Source: Auanema rhodensis (taxonomy: Eukaryota > Animalia > Nematoda). From it: a DNA stretch of 64,000 bases. Below the pieces are notes generated by a model, which saw only the letters and a program-made list of their open reading frames with translations, was not told where the DNA came from and did no database searches. Of this stretch, positions 39,425 to 58,054 are shown piece after piece. The translations under genes and the position numbers were made by a program. The DNA lies in contig OZ059898.1 in the NCBI GenBank assembly GCA_964057225.1, forward strand, positions 7,130,001-7,194,000. The letters run 5' to 3'. Numbering within the stretch: the stretch's first letter is position 1; every line of letters begins with the position of its first letter.

Positions 39425-40520
39425 CTATGCGTCAGGCTGGATGTTATCGAATACTTGCTTCGTGTTATCATCTTCCTGAAAAAAAGAACTGGTAAAATTA
39501 TTGCAAAATAACTTCTCGCCTGAATAAGTTCATAAAACTTCTCAATTTTTGAAGCATCATCTCCTTGAACCGGAATTGGGTGTTTTGGGCGGTATTCTAC
39601 TTCAGCGGACTCTACCGAAAATCTGGAAAATTATATTAATTAAATGGAAATGTTAATTTCAAATTTCACTTCAATTTGCTTAGCTCATTCTCTATAGCCA
39701 TAACTTTTCCTGCTTCACAAATTAACTCGAATTTTTTTCCATCGTCTTCAATTAAAGATACTTCTTCAACATCTAACTCTATTCCAATTTCCTCCATCTG
39801 TATCATGAGAACAGTTTATATCATACAGAAATCTTTTATACCTCATCTAACTTCATTTCTTTACCATCTCTAGTTGGTGATACAACCAAAATACCTTTTT
39901 CGTCAAACCAACTTCTAACACCTGAAGAGTCTGCTGCCAATCGGAATCCTCCAACCTATAGCATTTTTAGGGAATACATAATATTTTCATTCATTTAAAA
40001 AACCTTATTGAAATATTTTCTTAATGTATTCTCGAAAGCTTTCTTGTTATCTGTTTCCGCAACTACAATGAAGAAAGAACCAGCTGGGCCAATCACATCA
40101 AAGGCATATTCAATTTCTGGACGATCCTGAAATCAATACTACTGGATTGAAAATGAATAACTGAATCTTACTTTCATTTTTTGAAGAAAATTTCTGAAAG
40201 TGTCCACAGGTAATCCCTGCGCCTTGAATTCAGTTTCAACAGCAGCTAAATCTCTGTTTAACTTCAAATCGAAACCACTTCTCGAGATGGCAGCTTTGGC
40301 CTTAAAAAAAGTATAAAAAATGAAAGAAAAAAATGATTACCTTTCTGAGTAGCATATTTGTGGCTTTAGATTTAATGAGATCATTTTTTCCTTTGATATG
40401 TTTAATATTTTGCCATTTGGAGTGCCCTTTATCTAATGGAGGACTAAAATAAAAGTTCGAATTGGCAGAAATAGAGATAGGCCTTTTAGCCAAATTAATT
40501 AAATGACGGGATGGGAACAT
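39425..40520 (-). CDS. TACO1: TACO1/YebC-family mitochondrial translational activator (a possible extra ATG micro-exon at 40585-40587)
   Basis: GHSKWQNIKHIKGKND signature after a presequence-like N-terminus; GPAGSFFIVVAETDN, FDEKGIL and C-terminal EDDNTKQVFDNI. One GC-AG intron. Confidence 0.9.
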
Positions 40521-40718
40521 CTAAAGAAAACATGTTTTAATGAAACATTCTTGAAAACTCTACTATTTAAATATTGGACTTAACCATTATTTTTAAATTC
40601 AATAATTAACAAAAAAATATTATATTAACAATGAGAAAAATCAACAATTAGTTATGATTTAGCATTTACCGACATGAAAAATAATGAGATCACAGAAGAA
40701 AGTAATAAGTAATTGAGT

Positions 40719-43912
<3,194 letters not shown>

Positions 43913-44241
43913 TTTCAAATAGTGCTAATGAACCAATCCAATAAAGCTGTATGAAGATAATTTTTTATCATAAATCGCACTTAAACTACTAATGTATACT
44001 GGCTCACAACCAAAAACATAAATGCAAAATGATAAAATAGCTATTTATAAAAAAATAAGCCATATGTACATTATTACATAGCGTAGTACAGAAAATAATC
44101 ACATTGCAGTAACGACATAGGTAAAATTAACTGTAAACCTGAAGAGATCTACACGGGCAAATCAAAATAATGCTAAAAAATGCTAACGGATAAGAGCACC
44201 TAGATCTGTACATGGCGTATATACATTCTTTATTACTACAA

Positions 44242-45885
<1,644 letters not shown>

Positions 45886-46485
45886 TCTAGTTGAAACCTC
45901 AAATATTTCTGTTGCCCCCTAATCCATTTGATAAAAAAAATACAAGTATATCATCGAATAAACGACGCATTTAATTAAAACAACAAATATAGCTTATCGT
46001 GTTTTTGACAAGACACAAACAACAAAAAACAAAGTTGATGAATTAAAACAAAAGCATTCAAAATCTAAAGGATATTTTGAGGCAGGAGAAAAACGACTGC
46101 AAAAAGATGAGCGCTTATTAGATTATTAATTAATCGTAAAGATCTAAAAATGAGGGTAAGCCGAAACAGGTTGGAACCAATAATTGTTTGAACAATAAAG
46201 GAACTTCCCAAAGATCCTGGAGAGCCAGTGTAATTGTCGGCAAAGGAAACAAAAAACAAACGTTATCCATTGCTTAATAAAACCATGTGATGGGTGTTCA
46301 ATGAGCTCACAGAGATTAGCGTACGCCTCATTCTGACAATCAAGCTAAACTGTATAATTTATCGTCATGAGGCTTAATCATCAAATTAATCTACAAATAC
46401 ACTCGGGCAACATAATAGAAATTTAACAGTCAAAAATGTAAAACAACAAGTTGTAGGAAACCTAAAATACCATGAAAACCATCTT

Positions 46486-49400
46486 TCATTCGAATGAATG
46501 ATGGCTATCTTCGGCTACTTCCTTTTTGTCAGATACAGGGCTGCCTCCTCCAAAAGCCTGTGCCTGGGGGTATAATTGATGAGCAATCTTTGTGATAGCA
46601 TCAACCTAAATGATAATTTATAGAATTATTAAAATTAAATTTGAATTCAATACTTCTTCTGTAGTCCAAGATCCAAAACGACCATACTTAATTCCATCGA
46701 AGAACTTGATGAAAGTCTTAAGAGTTCGGCCAGCAAGTTTCTCATCTTCCAGAGATTTTTTCAGCCAATTTTTCGTTGTAGATGCAGAAGAAGGATCAAT
46801 AAGAATATTTGCTTCAGCAACTAAAAAAATTTTTTTTTAATTTCATTAAAAGACTACATACCTGCAACTCTATGCGGCAAACTCTCAAGATTGGAATTCT
46901 TAAAATCTTCGTTCAGTTTCTTAGCATCTAAACTACCGAAAAGTGGCTCTTCCAATTCCTTGGCAAGATCTTCAACCATTCCAGACAGATTTATTTTTAC
47001 CCCTGGGATATGTAAATGAGCAAAGCAACTTTTTTGGGATTAGTGTAATGAGCCATTAAGCGACACACTTAAGATAGGATTTGAAATATCTCTGTTAACT
47101 TACTATGAAGAGCATATTTGACTTTAGCAACATGAAGAAGGGGATGATCTTTGGAAAGTTTCGCAGCTTCACGCAAACATTTAAGCATCAAAAGAACCTT
47201 ATTCTGAAAAAAGTAATGCAGTTGCAGTTTATGGTTACTCTATCACAACCTTTCTCAAGTATACTTCAAAGCACAAGGTGTAGCCGGTCACATGATTACA
47301 GCCCAGCATATGCAATGGTTGAGCAAACTTAGCTGCCTCTTCTAAAGGATCGGCAGGGCTCAGAAGAACCTCAGGGTCAAGATGGACGTCGTCTTTCTTC
47401 AAAATTTGAAATAAGAAAACTATTTCATAAAATAATAAACCTTCTTTTCGTTCTTCTTAGCTTCTTCCTCACGTTCTTTTTCTTTTTTCAACTTCTTTTT
47501 TATTCTCTTCTTCTCGGCTGCCGACATTCCTTCTTCAATTCCAGGCTCACATACCATGTCTTGGGGTCGATCAATCATTCGAAGATAAATCTTCAACAAC
47601 TTATTATGTTTATATGTGTATTTATCAAAACCTTAATAGCTAATTTCGCGGCCTGATAATAATATTCATGTTTGCGTAGAATATCCTCCATCCGTAAAAG
47701 TTGTACGTATGCACATAATGTCATTTTACGTAGGCAATAGGTATGGAAATCAAACTGATCTTCTACCATATTAACAAAATGCTGAAAATAAAGAATATAT
47801 TTGCAATATTAAAAATAATATTACCTGTTCAACTTGGTGAACTTTCTTTAAAGCATGACCATATTTACCACCTTTACGATAAGCGCGAGCACTTTCCAGT
47901 TCCCACCACATGCATTGCATATCATTCAGGGTGGTTGAGGCACGTTCACGTTCCTGAAAATTAAAATTAATTAGCGAGGCCCTAAAGCTCCATTAAACAC
48001 CCTAGTGAATTTTGAGCACATATTTTCAGCTTCATCAACTAATCCAGCACGCAAGAGATACTTTGCGCATTTGCTATTAATATACCTGAAAAAAATGAAA
48101 TTTATCATTAGATTATAAATTTGATAAACCTATCTGCAGTATCCAGTGATTGAGCTTCTTCTAGAATTCTAGCTGCTTCAGATAAGTCCCCAGCGTGCTT
48201 AAATAAAAACTTAACAATTAATCGTGAAACCTAAACAAACTTTAAAAATTTTAGCTCTAATCATAAAAGTTTCGATTAATGTAGGCGTATGGCTTTGAGC
48301 TTTATCAACATAACGAAGGGCAATCGTAGTTTGCTTAATACGATCATAGTGCTGAGCAACGAGTAAATATAGCCACAAAGCTGATGTTGGAGATTCAATG
48401 GTATCGGAAGAATCTAAAGCAAGATTGGTAGATAATTATAAATTTTGACTTTTTTCTAAAATTCACCTTCAAAAGAACCGTTTCTATATCCATTATCTTC
48501 AATTTTTCGTACGAAGTCCAACAAAATTGATTCAATAGAAGCTACCTGAAAAATAATTATAAATATATTCAGCAAAATAAATTGTAACCTTTTTACTATC
48601 GTTATATAAAGGCACCAAATTTTTGAAAAGACTAGGAATTCCCTTTCTCAAACCCATCGAAATCCAGCCTATCAGCCGTTTCTTCAATTCATCGCCTAAA
48701 TTATGTGATCATAGAATCTTTAAAAATATCATATTTTCGTACCCTCAGCAATATATAACGGTTGACGACGAGGAACCGAAGCTCTTTTATATTTTTCGGA
48801 CATGTCATCATACAACGCTAATCGTTTGGCGGCATCAGCTCCTGTAATCAGAATCTAATATTATATTTTGAAACTGCCTGTACCTTCACCAAGTCCTAAA
48901 CATTCCTCAAGCTTCGCATAATAAGCTAAATTTTCGGGATTTCGATCGATCAGTTGCCGCCAAACTCTCTCCGAGTCTTCCAATTTACCCAGTTCGATTA
49001 AAATATTACCTTAAAGGAACCAAGAGTTAAATTTAATATTTAAACGTTTACCTCTTGTTTCCATGTAAACAACTTTATCAACAATCTGGGTAGCGTTTTC
49101 CTCTAGTTTATCTAACGCAGACTGTGGTTGTCCAGCTTCTCGTAAAATCATAGCTTGATACATCAACAATTCGGAATACTCATAATCGTATCCAGTAGGC
49201 TGAACACATACAGTTAACATTTATCAATTTTAAGATCCACCTGATTGGAGAGGCTAAATTCGGTAATGATATCTAAAGCTTTTTCATAATCCTTGAGCAA
49301 ATGATATGCTGTAGCATAGCCAATCCAATTTAGTTTTTGATTTGGGCGAAGGCGTAATAAGTGATAACGGCTTTCCTGAACAGCACATTTAATCACATAA

Positions 49401-50004
49401 TACAACATTACAAACCTTGTATCCCTCATAATCACGGAGTTGGATTTGTAACAGAGAGAGATCACGGAGAATTTGAACATTATCCTTCTCCATTCGAAAA
49501 GCGTTTTTATAAGCCTGGGACATAGAATATTTATTAATAGAAAAAAATGTCGGTACCTTAATGGCTTCGTCATATTTTTTGTCAGCACGTTGAACAAGTC
49601 CATAAACATGCCAGCAAACATACGATTTCAAATCAGCCTTAAAACATTATTATTATACTTATAATGAATTGTTTATTACCGTTAAGCCTTTCTTAACGCA
49701 CTCTAAGGCTTCATCACGCTTACCCATACAACTAAGAATAAGACCTTTCATTGAAAGAGTTTCTAAAATATTATAAGTATAATTTGTACTCATATTCTAA
49801 AACCTCCATGGTCAGCAAACTGCGGATTAGAAAGAATGATCTTAGCATACTTTAAGCCAAAACGGTATTGCTTTGTTTCGTAACTTTTCTAGATATAACG
49901 ATTATTATTCTATTTCTCACTAATTAACTTACGATGATTTTCTTGAAAAGTCCAAGTTCCTTTGCCGGGAGTTGTTGACTGCTGGACTGGCCTGGAGGAG
50001 CCAT
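46486..50004 (-). CDS. NAA15: NatA auxiliary subunit NAA15/16 (TPR protein)
   Basis: [72 protein letters not shown] and [16 protein letters not shown]. Confidence 0.96.
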
Positions 50005-50451
50005 GCTCTACCCTAGCGAAATTAAAAATTAAAAATATGAATAATGACCCTAAATGGCTACACACTACGAAACCATGGTTCTGGGTAATAAAAACAGGGT
50101 GCCAAGACTGTTTTACTATGAACGATAGTAAATCTACTATTAGTTTACAAAAAAACATAAGCAATTGTAGTTAAATTCCATTAAAAAAATGTATTCTTCA
50201 TTTAAAGTTACATATAGGAAATAGCTTTCTTCGACATTTTGCGTATATGCGTTGAATTTCTAACATCACGAAAACTCACTCTTTCTCGTCACCGTAGACT
50301 GACCACAAATTTATTACGGTAGTTTCAGCTTGGCTTCAATTATTATATTGTTTTTATGCACTCGCATTTACAAAACATTATTTTTAAATTGTAAATATCG
50401 ATATTTAATTTTTTTTCTTCCAAAAAATTACGGTTTATTCGTTTAGTATTT

Positions 50452-51433
50452 ATGCATATTACAATAAAGCTATTGCGAAAAATGTAAGTCAATCTATATT
50501 AATAGAAACATCTTTACTTTTTTTAAGTTGCGTTCCGAAGCGTTATCATAATTTCAATACAGCTTTAAAATATGATCCAGTCCAATTAACTTATATGAAA
50601 GAAACATGCATCGCTGTTGATGCTAACGATAATGTTGTTGGAAATGTATCCAAAGAAGATGCCCATAAAATGCCTAATCGTAAGAAAATTTGAAAAATAA
50701 GTTAATTTTTATATTTAAATTTTCAGTTGTTCTACACAGAGCGTTTAGTGTTTTTGCATTCACACCTGATAATAAACTTATAATGCAAAGAAGAAGTGAT
50801 TCAAAAGTAATCATTTATGCTTTATTTAGTTTCCTATTTTTGACACTAGATAACTTTTCCTTCATTATGGACCAACACTTGTTGTAGTCACCCTCTTTAT
50901 AATGATGTTGAATTGAACGGATTGGAAGGAGTGAAAAAGTATGACCTTTTGGTTTTACATTATTAAAATTTTTTCTTAGAGCTTCGGTTAGAAAATTGAA
51001 CCATGAACTTGGTATTAGTGATGTGCACATGGATGAAATTGTTCCTATTGGGCGTTATTTATATAAGGTTTAATTTTTGATTTTGTTTCAAAAGTAAATT
51101 CATAATTTCAGGCGGAAATGGATTTCACCTGGGGCGAATATGAACTTGACTATGTTGTTATTTTAAAAAATGTAGATCTTTCGCGCTTAAGTCCCAATCC
51201 AAATGAAGTTAGCGATATATGTTGTTTAGATCTCAAAGAGCTCAGTTCATGGGTATCTAGAAGTATGTTCTTGCGAAATTTAAAGTTTTTACTAATACTT
51301 AATTCAAGGTTCCTCTGACTTCACCCCCTGGTTTCTTTTACTTCAAAAGGGACACTTAGAAGCATGGTGGCAAAACTTGAGATCATTAACAAAATTGGAT
51401 TTTAAAAGCGACATAATTAAACTTACAAATTAA
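50452..51433 (+). CDS. idi-1: Isopentenyl-diphosphate delta-isomerase (type 1)
   Basis: [72 protein letters not shown]. Confidence 0.95.
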
Positions 51434-51532
51434 ATAATTACTATCGTTGTTCTCTTCTATGCATACTGTTTTTCATATTTCAATACCACCCAACATTGCT
51501 AAGTTTATGTTCTTATATTATTTTAGAGAATC

Positions 51533-52198
51533 ATGCATAATGTGTATTCTCGAGCAAATAACCTGTTCGCATTTACCCTTTGGGTCTTGGCTGGAGTAAC
51601 TTTTGCTTGCTTCTTATCCACATTCTGGGCAGATTATACAACCAAAGTTGATATAGTAGTCCACAATCCTAGAGTGTACGTGATTTTAATTACAAATAAT
51701 TTTTTTTTATTTTAGAAAGTCTGTTGTAGACTATTCTTCAGCAAGTGAAAAATCGGATCTAGGCCTTTTGGACTTTTCTGTTAATGTTGACTTCACAAAT
51801 GTTTTCAATTGGAATGTTAAAGAAGTTTTTTTATATTTGGTTGCTGAATATAAAACAAAGGAAAATGTGAGATTTTGTTTATATATAATTATTGATAATT
51901 TTGTTAAGGCAATGAATCAAGTTGTTTTGTGGGACAAGATCGTACTTAGAAGTGAAAGAGTTGTATTGGATGTCAGACGTATGCAGAGCAAGTACTACTT
52001 CCTTGATGATGGACAACATCTAAAGAACCATCAAAATGTTACATTGAAGCTTAGGTTTTGCCTGTTGAACTGTTCAAATAACCATATTACCGTTTTAGAT
52101 ATAATGTTGTACCTAATGCTGGTTATCTCGGTTTGGCTGAAGCTACAGGAGATGTTGTTGTGAAGTTCCCTGATACATACATTACAAGCAAGCAGTGA
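51533..52198 (+). CDS. spcs-3: Signal peptidase complex subunit 3 (SPC22/23)
   Basis: MHNVYSRANNLFAFTL..FNWNVKEVFLYLVAEY..NQVVLWDKIV..KYYFLDDG..YNVVPNAG. Confidence 0.95.
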
Positions 52199-52444
52199 TC
52201 TTGTGTTCTTTTACTATACTTTGGGTTATTTTATGTGTATGCGGATATTTAAATAATTTATTGCGGTAAACTAAAATACTCTATATACAATCTATAAACA
52301 CTCAGTGGTGAGACTCATCTTACCGATACAACCTTAATAACCCGACTTATGATTAGATTCCTAGATTTTGAAGTAGTCAATGTGAGCAAATTATATTCTA
52401 TAATGCCCGATTTCAAATACTTGGCGTCATAGTATCCTACTTCA

Positions 52445-54586
52445 TTAGATTGAAGTATGCGTCGATCCACTGGGGCGTAGGCCACCAATACTCGTGTCAC
52501 GGGCCTTAAGAATTATTATTATTAAATCTTTTCAAACCAATTAACAACCTGATAAAACAATATATAAGCAGATTCTGAGTTCTTCTGTACACCTCCTTCA
52601 GAAAGACCGAAAAACTCTTCCATTGATGACACATCCATTTTCTACAACAATGTAGCATTTAAAAAAGTCAAATATTAATACTTTACATCAACTATATCAT
52701 CATCGAAAAGCAACCAGAACGACGAACTCTTAACTAAAGTTATATAATGTCCACGATTAGGTGTAGCTCCGCAATGTACAACAGCTGCTACCAGATCATA
52801 CAAACGGTCCCCATTCGAAGCATCATCACTCTGTATTTGGAAATAAAACTGAATCATAAAAATATGACTTACAACATTGAAAAGTCTTAATTCTAAAGGA
52901 AACAAGACCCGATAAGAAAGTTTAGTGTACCTACTCAATTGATCAACATATTTGAATCTATAAAAAAAAAGAAAAAAATACTAATAAAACTAAAATTGTT
53001 GGACCTTTTCAAATGTAATGCGAGCATCTGTGGTAATCTTTTAATTCGCATTCTTTTTTGAGCTTCCTGTTTAGATGAACAAATTTCGCAGAAATATTTC
53101 TAAAAAAATTAAATGGAAAAGTTTCCATTTGTGCAACAAACTTGGTCTCCTTTTAATGTCTCTGTTTCACTAAATACGCGCAGACAATGGGTAATAGAAG
53201 CATTCTGCTCAACATCAACAGACAAATCTAGAAAATCTTCATCTTTGCTTGACACCTGAAAATTGATTTTTAATCAAAAATAAACACGTCTGATTATCTC
53301 ATAATAATATTGAGATATAAGCAGTAGTAAAGAAAAAAAGAAAACAAATAAAAACTTACCGTATCACAACATAAACAACGTGTTTCATTAGTTAAAGTTC
53401 CTTGAAAAATTTCCTGAACCCAGGTCATTTCATTCTTTGTACTTAAAAAAAAGCAGTGTAACAAATGTATATATAGTAATTATCAAGTTTTGGAATAGTT
53501 CAATTAATTGAATAAGGTTCAGAGTGCATAAATATTTTTAAAAATTTGAAAAGATTTCCAAAGGTTTCATAGAGAAAACATAAAATTCTAATTTATCTTT
53601 TTGAAAATTTTGTTATTATCTTTAAGGCTTTATATTTTCATTTGGATGACGTATCATTTTTGAATAAGAATGCTTCAGTTCTAGAAATTATTGGAACAAG
53701 AGAATGAAATATGAAAAAAATGACATATGAATAGTAAAAAGTGTATTGAGCTTAACAAAAGATATCAAATTCCAATCTCATTTATCAATAAATTAAACAT
53801 CTTAATTTAGTACATACTTAGAAAATCGTTTTTTATTTGTTTCCATTTATTATAGTTTAGGAAGTTAGAAAAGTGCAGATTAATCGAGACTTTCAAACAG
53901 AAATATATATCTAAAACTCACGTTTTATCTTCTTCCCTTTTTTCCATACCAGTAGATACAGGTCCTTTTTTTAGAGTGCCATTTTTAGCAGATTTATCAT
54001 ACTCAGTGTTTTTCTCCTCTAACAATGTCTCTGATATAGTATTTAATAAATAATTAAGAAATTCATGAGCATCTTGTTGCATATAGTTGTCAAACAATTC
54101 TAAAAATTATATCGATAGGAAAGATATCAGTTACATTACTACCATTTTCACGTTTTAACTTTGTTATAAACCGCTTAGGAGCTATAGTTCCTACTCGTCT
54201 TTTTTGAGTGGCAATATTATGAAAAAGATCGGCAAGACATGTGACCAAATTTTCTTTTTGGTGGCCTAGAATTAAAAAAAAATAATAAAAGTGATTTGAA
54301 AATAATTATTTTACCTGATTTCTTTAAGGACTGTTTGTATTGCAAAATCCGTTCTCGAAAAGGTCGGCAAAAATATAACGCTTGAATCACAGAGTTGCAA
54401 TAACACGTATTCCCAAACTTAGAATATATCATCAACAGAAAACTAACATTACTTCACTTACATTGACCAAACCGTAGAAATGTTCATTACCAGCGACTTC
54501 GCCATTTATTTCTTTCTCAAGTTGAGAAGAGGCGTTTGCGCCCTATAATATAAAAGATAATTTTTTTTTTTGAACTTTCTGACCAT
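52445..54586 (-). CDS. usp-46: Ubiquitin-specific protease USP12/46
   Basis: M|[30 protein letters not shown] (Cys box), [11 protein letters not shown], and [18 protein letters not shown] (His box). The first coding exon is the ATG alone. Confidence 0.96.
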
Positions 54587-55578
54587 TGGAAATGACGCCT
54601 AAACACCAACTACCGGCCCGTGTATTTTGAACTGACTGAAATATTCCTAGTGAACTGAAGTTTTTTTCAAACAATAAAAGAATATGGAACTCGACGAACC
54701 GAAAATCAAAAAAAAAACAATAAAGCATGATGAATATTAGGGTTATGACCGTGGATATATAGTTAAAAATATTAAAAAATCAGAACGGATGCGGCACACT
54801 ATTGATTGGCATGGAATGAAAAGTTAAACGAACCTGGATAGAGTTGATATAAAATATTCTCGAGAAAGTAAAAGGTCTGATTTTATTAAATAATAGGTTT
54901 AACAAAAATCTAAGTATTTTCTTTCACATTAATATATATAACTCATAATAAAATTGAAGCTACGCTTTAAATTCTTGGAAAATATTAGCTTAATAAGATA
55001 ATTGAAACAAAAATTAAATAATTTACAAAATGATTAATCAAAAAATAATGACAAAAACATAATTGAACAGATTGATTACTGATCTTTGTTGTGTTCAAGA
55101 AGTTTAGAATTTGAATAATGTTGAAGAAAGGCTGCTTGCTTGCTAGCTAGCTGCTAGTTGTTAGCTGTTTAGGGTGGTAGAAGTTCTCTGGTTGCCTGAC
55201 TCTAAGCCTACGCAGAGGCTGTGTCGGGAAGCAACACTATGCGTGTCTAACTCTATTGCGCAGTTCGCCTCTTCTAGCCACATTTAACATTGCTATAGGA
55301 GAATGTCAGATTCAGTTTATTTTTTGTTTTAATTTCGATGATTTTATTTCATTTGAAATCTATAATTTAATAAAGTTTGCATATTATTTGTTCGAAAATC
55401 TCTATCATGCATTTTGTACAGTTTTCTTCGCCTTAAATTCAAATAAATTAAAAAATAACATCTATAACGATTTAATTATTATTTTTAAATAATGTAATTA
55501 CAACATTGCTTTGATTATTTAAGAAAATAGTTCAGGGATTGAAGTATTGTTCTCAACTATCAGCTATAGTAATGTTGA

Positions 55579-58054
55579 TTAGGGAGCGAAGTAATGATTT
55601 CCCTCAGAAAATGGAGGGACAGGAGCTTCACAGTTCGGAAGCGATGGGTTCAATTTCATGGAGCTGGGACTCATTACATATCCATCTCCAGAACGGTGGA
55701 AACTGAATTCAGCAAAAGAAGCAATACAGTCGACATCCCTGTAATATAATTAATCAAACTTATTATTCCAACAAATAAGGAAGGAATGAGGTTTCCCCAA
55801 GTATGATAGAAAGAGTGAAACCTTTTTAAACGACTGTAGCACACGTGTGGTGTTAGACAACGAGAAACCGACATGGTCCAGTGCTCTTCGTTGATTGCGC
55901 CCATGCATCGATCAAAATCCTACATCTAACTACTGATAGGAACAAAACTGTATAAAACCTCGAATGATTCTGTAGACGACTTATTAAGTGCAACTTCTTT
56001 GAAGCTTTCGAATGTTTCTTGCAATCGCGTGCTCCATTGTCTTAATAATGATAGTAATTAAATATGATAACTCCACTAACTTGTTGAGGATTTCACGTAA
56101 AGGTGTAGTGTCTATAGTAACAGGAGATGGAACACTGCTATGTGAATGACGTAGATGATAAAAATGTGCCTAAAGGGTATGATAAAGTAAAGCTACTTTT
56201 ATCCAGTAAACCTGTCTACATGGAACTCTCGTTTGTACATATCCAAAACGATGAATGCCTGTCTCGTGCATATTAACAGAATCAACACGACCTGAAATCA
56301 AGATATGATTTTATGAAACGTCGAATCATTTTAATCTGAAAATGAAGAGAAAACCCACTAGCATTAATGGCAACTCGAGTCTTCATTCTCCAAACATTAC
56401 AATTCATTTTCATTTTTGTGTTCATTAGAAAATCAAAGTTGAAGTTTTGAAGATTTGAGTAGGACTAAAAAAATTATTATTATAAAAAATTGAAATAACC
56501 AACATTTTGAGGAAGTAATTGGAATTGTGTATCACGGTGCTCGAATAGTAGTGAACCAGCTTGAGGATGTTCGGCAAATAGATTCTGAATTCAACAAAGT
56601 TAATGAAATTTCTTTTTATAATTTAACATTAGATATGTATAGATATAACAATATAAATTTAAAATATCGCTTACTCGAAGAATTTGGAGATTAATTCCTG
56701 GTTTTATATCATTCAAATCGGGGGGCAAAAGCATATCATCAATATCAGTAAAAACAACCAGATCTGCCCATGGCTTTACAAAGTACAAACAATTCACATG
56801 CGATTCTTCAATTCCTAAATTATAAAACATAAATGTTTTGAGAAACTAGTGAATCAAACCTCGACTAAGAACGAGACCATTAGGATTTGTGTCTGATAAC
56901 ACTGGCCACTTAGGCCATTGACGTATGATTACATGTCCTAAAAAATAATTATAAAATTCATTATTTCATCAATTATGTAAATTTGGAATAAAACAATTAA
57001 ATGATTTAAACAAAGTCCGGAGAAAAACTCCAAACATACCTTTCTTTTCATATTCTTTCAGAATCTTATAGGTTGATGTCGAAGCAGACTGTATAGGAAC
57101 TACTATTTTAGTTGCTCCTAAAGATAACCCTGAAACGAGAAAAGTAAACGTTTAGATATATTTAATTGAAAACAACAAGTTTCTATTCCAACTAGCATAA
57201 TTTCCCAGTCAGTATATGTGTACATTGGAGCAACGCATACAACCAAATCCTGTTTCGGGATCCTATAAGAGTGAAAACAAATGATATTCTTCATGAAACA
57301 ATGAAGTACTTTAAAGGTTGTTCTGGCACAATTAGCATGGAATCTTCCAGCTGAGGTGTCGTACCGATTCTTAAAGAGGAAGCGCTTTTTACTTTGTTAC
57401 TGATAATTCTATTAACCTAAATTCAGTGATACTAGTAGGATTTACTTCACATTCTGCTATATGTCCTGACCAGGAGCAAATATCATTTGCAGCTCTTTTA
57501 CCTCGATGAATTCGTTCAACATGAGCGTGTGACACTGAAAGAATAATCGCAAATTATTTTTGTGAAAATTGAAAGTAGAGTAACTAGAAAAAGAGCTATC
57601 TTCTTTTTTTGAGAAGCAGTATACAGGATGTTCCATTCGACTATCACCCAAAAAGTGCAAAACCTAATCGAAAACTCAAGCTTAATACAAAACAACGAAA
57701 CAAACAGCATATTTTCCATTCACGTTCTGTTCAGATTTTTCTCTATAAAATGCTCCCAAGATAATTTGACGACTACCTAAACAATAATCTTCAATCTTTA
57801 TAGTTTAAGAACACAAACCGATTTCTTTGGTTAAAAATGTATCTCCAATATTTTTTAGAGCCCACATATTGATAGTTCTTTGATACCAAGCAAACCCACA
57901 TAATACTGCTAATATAATTAGAGAAATTTTATAAACCTACAAAATCAAAACAAAATTGTTTACATTAGAAATTAAGAGTTACCCATTCCCCAAGTTGTCG
58001 TAAACTTAACAGACGTAAAACCTGTAGTCTTGAAACTATTAATCTTAAACGCAT
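55579..58054 (-). CDS. Glycosyltransferase family 92 (DUF23) type II membrane protein
   Basis: N-terminal TM segment, then DLVVCVAPMYTYTDW..IETWLSLGATKIVV and EESHVNCLYFVKPWADLVVFTDIDDMLLP (DxD motif). Canonical introns; ends ..GNHYFAP*. Confidence 0.85.

Noticed and set aside
46284-46336. Possible box C/D snoRNA (GTGATGG..CTGA) between NAA15 and PHKG
   Set aside because: The C box is imperfect, the span is only about 50 nt, and there is no convincing terminal stem or guide.
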